Shown here one piece after another: positions 6,965 through 12,447 of a stretch of DNA of 12,447 bases (positions are counted from its first letter, which is position 1; the number at the start of each line of letters is the position of its first letter). Source of the DNA: Promethearchaeota archaeon. Lineage in GTDB: Archaea > Asgardarchaeota > Lokiarchaeia > Sigyniarchaeales > SOKP01. The translations under genes and the position numbers were made by a program. Below the pieces are notes generated by a model. It had not been told where the DNA came from and did not search any database. It saw only the letters and a list, made by a program, of their open reading frames with translations. Location: assembly GCA_019058015.1 (NCBI GenBank), contig JAHLWH010000227.1, positions 1 through 12,447 of the forward strand. Reading direction: 5' to 3'.

Positions 6965-9900
6965 ATGGTAAAAAAGATAAAAATATACGCATATATGACG
7001 ATACTATTGATATTCTTACTTTCTGCAATAAATGCATCATTTTCCGTTGCGATATCTAAGCAAGGTAATGGTGCAACTATAAAAGTCGAAAAATCTGATC
7101 CAATAGGATACGGTGCTTTTTTACAAGACCCAAATTTGTATACTGCTACGAGTATTAATGGTTATCATCAAGGTCAATTTACAATAATGGATCATAATGG
7201 CAATCAGATGGCTCAAGAAACAGTCGATATACCAGGAAATGATATCTCTGTTGTATATCCGTGGTATTTTAATAATTATATTATGGATTCTACAACCAAT
7301 AATAATTATACAGATCCATGGAACAACATTGGATGGCTTAATTTAAGCGCTCACAATGCTGAGAATGATACACTTAGTCCTTATTCTTTTAATACAGTCT
7401 GGAATTCTTATTCAATGTCCGAAGGAAGCACGCTAGAAGCACCCTTAAACTCTACAATCCCAATGCAAGTTGATTTAACTATTGGCGCAATTGGTCCAAA
7501 AATGTTAAAATTTAATTTCTTAACTGACAATCCTAGTGCGGTTACGATTAATAATAGAGCTATAATATCTCCTTCTGGTAAACGAATAAATATAGATTTT
7601 CAGATGGTGCAATATAATGGTCTATTCGGGTCTGTATTTCATTATTATTATATAGCTTTTGTTGCCCATGAAGTTGGAGTTTATAAATTATTAGTGGACG
7701 CTTTCTATGGTAAACCAGCATCATTACAACTAGAATTTTTAAGTTTCAACATAGCAACATTAACCACCGATATACGTATACATGGAGGTAATGGGGATGA
7801 GTCTCCGAATATTCAGGATAGATGGGATTCAGAATGGAGTTCAAATTGGTATAAAATCAGTGGAACTAAAGGAGATAAACTTAGATTGGATTTGGGATCG
7901 GAATATGCATTAATGCCCTCGTTAATAAATATTTGGTATCCTTGTGAAAATGGATATCTTTTAGAAACGGGTGTAAATTTTGGTATTGAAGATCTCTTTT
8001 TTCCGTCAACTGGTGATATATTCATATCACTTACGGACGTTATGAATGGCAATGTACAAAAATATTCACTATTATTAACGGAAATTGAAAGCACTGATTA
8101 TACAATAGGAGGAGGTAATTTAACAACAGTTAAAGTCTCAAGAGATGAAAGAAAAGCATTAGATTTCACTATAGAAGAAGATTCTTTTGTTGAAATAAAT
8201 TATACAAGTTATGGTCTTGGGTCTCCGATAATTGCTGGATTTAATGATATTACTTTTGATTTTACTCCTAACGCTACAACATTTTTGGATGCAAAAAAAC
8301 AATCATGTTTTCAAACAATAACTGAAATTGAGAAAAAATTTGTTGATAATATGACTTTTCACTACTATTATTTACCTGCAGGAAGTTATGAAGCTTTGAT
8401 ATACAACACTGACATTAAATATGATGGAGTTATACAAATTAGCTCGGAATACATAACACATAATAATAATACAATCCCAATTAATAATTTAGTTTATCCA
8501 GATACTAATCCCTCAACGTTTCAATCAATTACATTCACGCCTGATGACTATTATACTAGTCTTAAAGATGCGCAATGGATAGAAATTAACATAACTGAAC
8601 CCGGTCAATATCAATTAAATACAACAATATGGCTTGCCGACAATCCGAGCGCTACCGCCACGGGATCTCCAACATATCTTTATACATATAATGATAGCGC
8701 TACACCACAATACACTGATTCTGCATATCCAATATGGGCATTTGGTAGTGATGCAGGTATGACAAATGATTTTTTCTATATAGGATCTCCTTGCCGATAC
8801 ACAGGTATGCTCATTAATTTCTCAACACCTGGCATTGGTGGCACTATGTCACCATATGTACATGATGCTATTTCTAATAATTGGGGATATATGTCACACG
8901 ATGATAGCATAGCCACTGGAACAGATGAACTTACTCAGGATGGAATAATTGAATTTAATAGTGATAGCGATTGGAGACGTTGGGGCAAAGGTTTCCCTTC
9001 AGGCACAGTTGATATCCCAGATGTCGATGAAAATGATTATTATTGGCTAAGATTGGATTGTATTACTGCATATACCACAGTACCCGTCATTGAACTTATA
9101 ACGTTGTTAAACATTACTATTGATGGAGATATTAATTTAGCCCTTTTAAGAGATAGTGGATATCAATATTGTGATTATTGGGAGCCTGATCAACCATCAG
9201 ATATAAATGGGTTAAGAGTTAATTTAGATGAAGATTTAGATGATTATGGTAATCCTTTCAATTTTGACTCAGATGAATCTTATATAATAGAAAGCAGTGA
9301 TCCTCTTACTATTGGATTTGAGACAGGCGTCTATAAATTACTGATTATTCCAGAAAAATGGTGTTATTCAGGACCAATAACCGTTCAATTTGCAGTTGAA
9401 AACTTTTGGAATTATAACGTTTTTGCGGAATATAATATTACTGCAGAGCCAAGCCTACATGCCGGATATATTAATAATTATACCGCTTCGGGATATGGAA
9501 TAGATAATGCAACAATATATCCCTATGGGTTAGTTTCAGTATATAATAATTCTCTAGTAGAAGCTACCGGTGAAGGTTATTTAATACTTAAATGTTATGG
9601 TGAGGCATATCAATGGACACAACTAGTATTAACATTCCAGAACGTTTCCACGTCACCCACCTGGGGTGTTGACGTTTATTTAATGCAAGATCTTCCATGG
9701 ATTGATAATTCTGGACCAAATAATGAAGCAAAATTACTCTTGGAAAGTGTATTGACTAATACAACACATGAATTTGGAGTATTTAACGAAAATTTTTATT
9801 TAATTTTTGAATGTACGGATGATGGCGATGATATGATAACCTTCAGAATTGCTTTAAGTCAATATAACACTACGGCAATATACACAGAAGCGCCAATTTC

Positions 9901-10015
9901 AGAAATAATTACACCAGGTATTGATCCGGTCGTAGTAGTATGGATAATAATCATTGCAGCAATAATTGGTGGAGCAGCAGTTGTAATCGTTGTTATTCTC
10001 AAAAAGAGAGGGTGA
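6965..10015 (+). CDS. Large secreted, C-terminally membrane-anchored cell-surface glycoprotein with repeated beta-sandwich (PPC-like) modules
   Basis: Signal peptide (KKIKIYAYMTILLIFLLSAINASFSVA). N/T/Y/D-rich body with about 20 N-X-S/T sequons (hand count) and recurring GxYxLLI/V strands. C-terminal TM (VVVVWIIIIAAIIGGAAVVIVVIL) followed by KKRG. ATG at 6965 is preferred over GTG at 6956. Confidence 0.85.
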   Translation: MVKKIKIYAYMTILLIFLLSAINASFSVAISKQGNGATIKVEKSDPIGYGAFLQDPNLYTATSINGYHQGQFTIMDHNGNQMAQETVDIPGNDISVVYPWYFNNYIMDSTTNNNYTDPWNNIGWLNLSAHNAENDTLSPYSFNTVWNSYSMSEGSTLEAPLNSTIPMQVDLTIGAIGPKMLKFNFLTDNPSAVTINNRAIISPSGKRINIDFQMVQYNGLFGSVFHYYYIAFVAHEVGVYKLLVDAFYGKPASLQLEFLSFNIATLTTDIRIHGGNGDESPNIQDRWDSEWSSNWYKISGTKGDKLRLDLGSEYALMPSLINIWYPCENGYLLETGVNFGIEDLFFPSTGDIFISLTDVMNGNVQKYSLLLTEIESTDYTIGGGNLTTVKVSRDERKALDFTIEEDSFVEINYTSYGLGSPIIAGFNDITFDFTPNATTFLDAKKQSCFQTITEIEKKFVDNMTFHYYYLPAGSYEALIYNTDIKYDGVIQISSEYITHNNNTIPINNLVYPDTNPSTFQSITFTPDDYYTSLKDAQWIEINITEPGQYQLNTTIWLADNPSATATGSPTYLYTYNDSATPQYTDSAYPIWAFGSDAGMTNDFFYIGSPCRYTGMLINFSTPGIGGTMSPYVHDAISNNWGYMSHDDSIATGTDELTQDGIIEFNSDSDWRRWGKGFPSGTVDIPDVDENDYYWLRLDCITAYTTVPVIELITLLNITIDGDINLALLRDSGYQYCDYWEPDQPSDINGLRVNLDEDLDDYGNPFNFDSDESYIIESSDPLTIGFETGVYKLLIIPEKWCYSGPITVQFAVENFWNYNVFAEYNITAEPSLHAGYINNYTASGYGIDNATIYPYGLVSVYNNSLVEATGEGYLILKCYGEAYQWTQLVLTFQNVSTSPTWGVDVYLMQDLPWIDNSGPNNEAKLLLESVLTNTTHEFGVFNENFYLIFECTDDGDDMITFRIALSQYNTTAIYTEAPISEIITPGIDPVVVVWIIIIAAIIGGAAVVIVVILKKRG

Positions 10016-10057
10016 AAGGGTTAAATCCAATAAGTAAAATATATTAAAATATAATTC

Positions 10058-10076
10058 TTTTTTTTTTTTTCTTTTT
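10058..10076 (+). terminator. Oligo-T terminator after the surface-protein gene
   Basis: T13-C-T5 tract 43 nt after the stop, in a convergent intergenic gap. Confidence 0.55.
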
Positions 10077-10129
10077 ATTCACTTCTTTTAAAAGATGTTT
10101 TTCAATTTATTTGAAAAATAGAGAGATTT

Positions 10130-10906
10130 TTATCTTGGCAAATAAAATTTACATAAACCACACTGATAAACCATCATTCTACGTTGAGGTCCTAATATTA
10201 CAAATGCTTGTTTCATTTCTCCTCCACACTTTGGGCAGTGCCTTTCAAAAGATTCCTTTAAACGCACTAATGCTTGAGAGATTGTTTCTTCTAATAAACT
10301 TGTCTTAATAGTGCTAGGTTGTTTGGCTTCTGGTGTGTCCAACCCAATTTTAGGCGTCAATTCTAAATCAAAGATATCATCGAATTCTGACACGTACTCG
10401 AATTCTGGAATTTCTTCAAATTCGATGACATCTTGCACTTTCTTTTTACTTAGATCTGGGGAAATAATAGTTGGTTCTGCAAAAATTTGTTTTACTTTTT
10501 TAAGACCTTTGGAAATTTTAAAACTTTTAGGTTTGAATTTAGCAGGTTTTTCTTTTAGAGTTATAATTTTTTGTCTCTTTTTCCATTGGAGATAGATTTT
10601 TGTTATTTTTCCTCTCCAAATTGCATGACGCCCAGTTGAATCTTCAAAAACCTTCATTAATTTTGCTTCTTCTAATTCATTAAGCTTGTCAGGTATAGTT
10701 TTCTCTAGTTTTTGAGGTTTAGTAAGAGATATTTCCAAGAAGGATGGTTTTTCTTTTGATATTAACAAATTATGTCTTTTTTTCCATCGGAGGTATATTT
10801 TTGTTATTTGGCCTCTCCATATAGCATTTTTACCTGTAGTATCTTCAAAATATTTCATAAGTTCAGCTTCATTTAACTGACTCAATTTTTCTGCCGGAAT
10901 TTTCAT
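10130..10906 (-). CDS. Hypothetical protein: two ~50-aa basic repeats (FEDxTGxxAIWRGxITKIYLxWKKR), an acidic linker and a C-terminal C4 zinc ribbon
   Basis: 258 aa. Repeats at aa ~3-54 and ~71-121. C-terminal CPKCGG-(x19)-CGLC. The frame is open for 22 further codons upstream. Confidence 0.8.
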   Translation of the reverse strand: MKIPAEKLSQLNEAELMKYFEDTTGKNAIWRGQITKIYLRWKKRHNLLISKEKPSFLEISLTKPQKLEKTIPDKLNELEEAKLMKVFEDSTGRHAIWRGKITKIYLQWKKRQKIITLKEKPAKFKPKSFKISKGLKKVKQIFAEPTIISPDLSKKKVQDVIEFEEIPEFEYVSEFDDIFDLELTPKIGLDTPEAKQPSTIKTSLLEETISQALVRLKESFERHCPKCGGEMKQAFVILGPQRRMMVYQCGLCKFYLPR

Positions 10907-11022
10907 TCCATTTACTTCTTTAGGATGAGTTTTTATTTTTGAATTTGATTTAGTTTTTTGAGTTGGAATTTTTTATCCCGCCAGATTTATAATGATTCTA
11001 TCTTAATAAAATTCTATCTAAA

Positions 11023-11056
11023 TATAGCCTATTTATTTTTAAAAAAATAGGATATA
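11023..11056. repeat. Imperfect palindrome TATAGCCTATTT-N10-AAATAGGATATA
   Basis: Arms match at 11 of 12 positions. It lies in the gap between the 7TM gene stop and the repeat/Zn-ribbon gene start. Confidence 0.4.
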
Positions 11057-11135
11057 TACATAATATAATCTACTAGGATTGGAATAAAAAATTTTTTCTA
11101 ATAATTAATAAAAAAATAAAAATAATTTGGATAAT

Positions 11136-11855
11136 TTAAACTTGTTTTCCGACCCCGTAATATACAAGATAAGCACCGACAACAATCACTATTCCAGTTA
11201 AACCAAAAATGAGTCTAAAAGTTTCATTATCTAAAAAATTATTGATACATGTTCCTATAGCAACGTACCAGAAAAAACACATACCAAGTGTGAAAAATCT
11301 CCATTTCTTTTGTAAGCTTTTATCTTCAAATTTAAAAAAAACTACTACACATAAACGATATGTTATTCCGATAGTTATTCCTATTATTATTAGTAAATAA
11401 ATTATAAAACCAAGGCCCCAAACAGGGGCTAATTGAGTTCCATCAGGTAGAATTTCCACTTTTGCACCATAAGGTTCTGGTATAAAAAATAGAACAGATA
11501 AAATTGCTGCATAGATTATTATGATAAGGATTTGCTTTCGAGTATTAATAATTTTCTCGGATTTATTGACAATCATAATAAAAATAAGTAGAAAAGCCAT
11601 AGATAAGACGATAAAATAGATTGTAAAGATATTCAGAATAGTGGCTAGCCATTGTAAATTTGGATCTTCAATCGGTGCATAAAAAAAATTTACAACTAGA
11701 CTCGCTGCTACAATTAGAAAATATAATGCGAATATCTGATTTAACCTTTTTTTGCGATTTCTTTTAATTATTTTATACCCAATAAAAAAAAAGAAAAGAC
11801 AGACTGCTCCTTGGATTATATATACTTGCAGAATCCGGGTAAGGGACATTACCAT
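11136..11855 (-). CDS. Stand-alone seven-transmembrane protein (HisKA_7TM-like sensor topology, no output domain)
   Basis: 239 aa. Seven hydrophobic segments with basic cytoplasmic loops after TM1 (KRNRKKRLN), TM3 (KSEKIINTRK) and TM5 (KFEDKSLQKKWR), and a longer outer loop between TM4 and TM5 (PEPYGAKVEILPDGTQLAPVW). Confidence 0.8.
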   Translation of the reverse strand: MVMSLTRILQVYIIQGAVCLFFFFIGYKIIKRNRKKRLNQIFALYFLIVAASLVVNFFYAPIEDPNLQWLATILNIFTIYFIVLSMAFLLIFIMIVNKSEKIINTRKQILIIIIYAAILSVLFFIPEPYGAKVEILPDGTQLAPVWGLGFIIYLLIIIGITIGITYRLCVVVFFKFEDKSLQKKWRFFTLGMCFFWYVAIGTCINNFLDNETFRLIFGLTGIVIVVGAYLVYYGVGKQV

Positions 11856-11913
11856 AATATTTCACTCGTTTAAAATCAATTTTACATTTGTTATATAATA
11901 TTTTGAAACTAGA

Positions 11914-11923
11914 TTATATATAA
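11914..11923 (-). promoter_or_regulatory. Candidate TATA box (TTATATATAA) for the 7TM gene
   Basis: Consensus-like TATA about 60 nt upstream of ATG 11855, preceded on the - strand by purine-rich AAATAAGC (BRE-like). Confidence 0.35.
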
Positions 11924-12104
11924 GCTTATTTATCATAGAATTAAAAACAGCAATTTGTATATTATTACGTTTCTTATATTATTTTAAATTATTTTCTATT
12001 AGACATTTTAAAATCAAAATGATAAGGGTTAATGAAAAAAGGAATAAAATTGAATAACTAAAAACTTATTTCATAAAAAAAAATCCATTAATTTTTAAAA
12101 TGTT

Positions 12105-12447
12105 TTAATATTCTTCTCTCCATTCTGTTTTACAGAAGCCACATCTAAATTTACGTCCATAAATCCTTGGATAAGCTAATAAAACTTTATCTTTATCTTC
12201 AGATTCATGGATCATGGCTTTATTTGCATTATCGCAGATAGGGCATTTTCTCCTACCTGTCGGTTTTTTGATTATTAAAATTTCCATTGGTTTTTTAATT
12301 ATTTTATTGATAATCTTTTCTTCTTTTATTTGCTCTGTAAGTTCAATTATTTCTTCTCTAATTTTCAAATCAATTTTAATATCTTCTTGCATTTCACTAT
12401 AAGCATGCTCTAAATTTAATACTCTGGAAGTTCCAGATCCGTGAGTC
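12105..12447 (-). CDS. C-terminal part of a protein with a charged helical segment and a terminal C4 zinc ribbon; starts beyond the right edge
   Basis: The frame is open upstream of ATG 12392 to the window edge (THGSGTSRVLNLEHAYSEMQEDIK...). It ends RRKCPICDN...IHESEDKDKVLLAYPRIYGRKFRCGFCKTEWREEY*. Confidence 0.75.
   Translation of the reverse strand, partial: THGSGTSRVLNLEHAYSEMQEDIKIDLKIREEIIELTEQIKEEKIINKIIKKPMEILIIKKPTGRRKCPICDNANKAMIHESEDKDKVLLAYPRIYGRKFRCGFCKTEWREEY

Noticed and set aside
7813-8094. 93-aa - strand ORF
   Set aside because: Antisense shadow inside the surface-protein gene.
696-10015. Genome-wide TGA=Trp reassignment
   Set aside because: Trp is encoded by TGG throughout the long ORFs. 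taw2 (696-698) and the surface protein (10013-10015) end at TGA exactly where their natural C-termini are expected.
10111-10595. 65-aa and 94-aa + strand ORFs
   Set aside because: Antisense to the repeat/Zn-ribbon gene, with no independent evidence.
11209-11400. 63-aa + strand ORF
   Set aside because: Antisense to the 7TM gene.
11136-11855. Microbial rhodopsin, heliorhodopsin or schizorhodopsin
   Set aside because: No retinal-binding Lys motif in TM7 (DxxxK, SxxxK) and no RYxxW-type motif in TM3.
12214-12402. 62-aa hydrophobic + strand ORF
   Set aside because: Its hydrophobicity is the mirror of K/E/I codons on the coding - strand.
1-12447. CRISPR array, tRNA/rRNA or IS element
   Set aside because: Intergenic gaps are short (<=250 bp) and extremely AT-rich, with no spaced repeats, GC-rich structured segments, transposase ORFs or terminal inverted repeats seen by eye.

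Overview
Very AT-rich archaeal-looking window, most consistent with an Asgard (Lokiarchaeia-like) chromosome. The taxonomy is inferred from gene content, protein style and oligo-T terminators, not from a search. It holds 10 protein genes in this order: a partial GIFT/IFT52-like (GATase1-fold) gene missed by the ORF track (1-612, -), wyosine-pathway taw2, a Sulfolobus-IlvC2-type ketol-acid reductoisomerase, a long-chain acyl-CoA synthetase, a 2TM + tandem-RCK channel-like gene, a Sir2/CobB sirtuin, a ~1016-aa membrane-anchored surface glycoprotein, a tandem-repeat + Zn-ribbon protein, a stand-alone 7TM protein and a partial Zn-ribbon protein. Two ORF-track calls are truncations. The channel-like gene most likely starts at 5895 and has an in-frame TGA at 5794-5796. 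The divergently transcribed sirtuin has a 1-nt frameshift at ~6504 and really ends at 6761. I saw no RNA genes, CRISPR arrays or mobile elements, and no clear multi-gene novel system. The best leads are individual unusual proteins and the doubly interrupted divergent gene pair.
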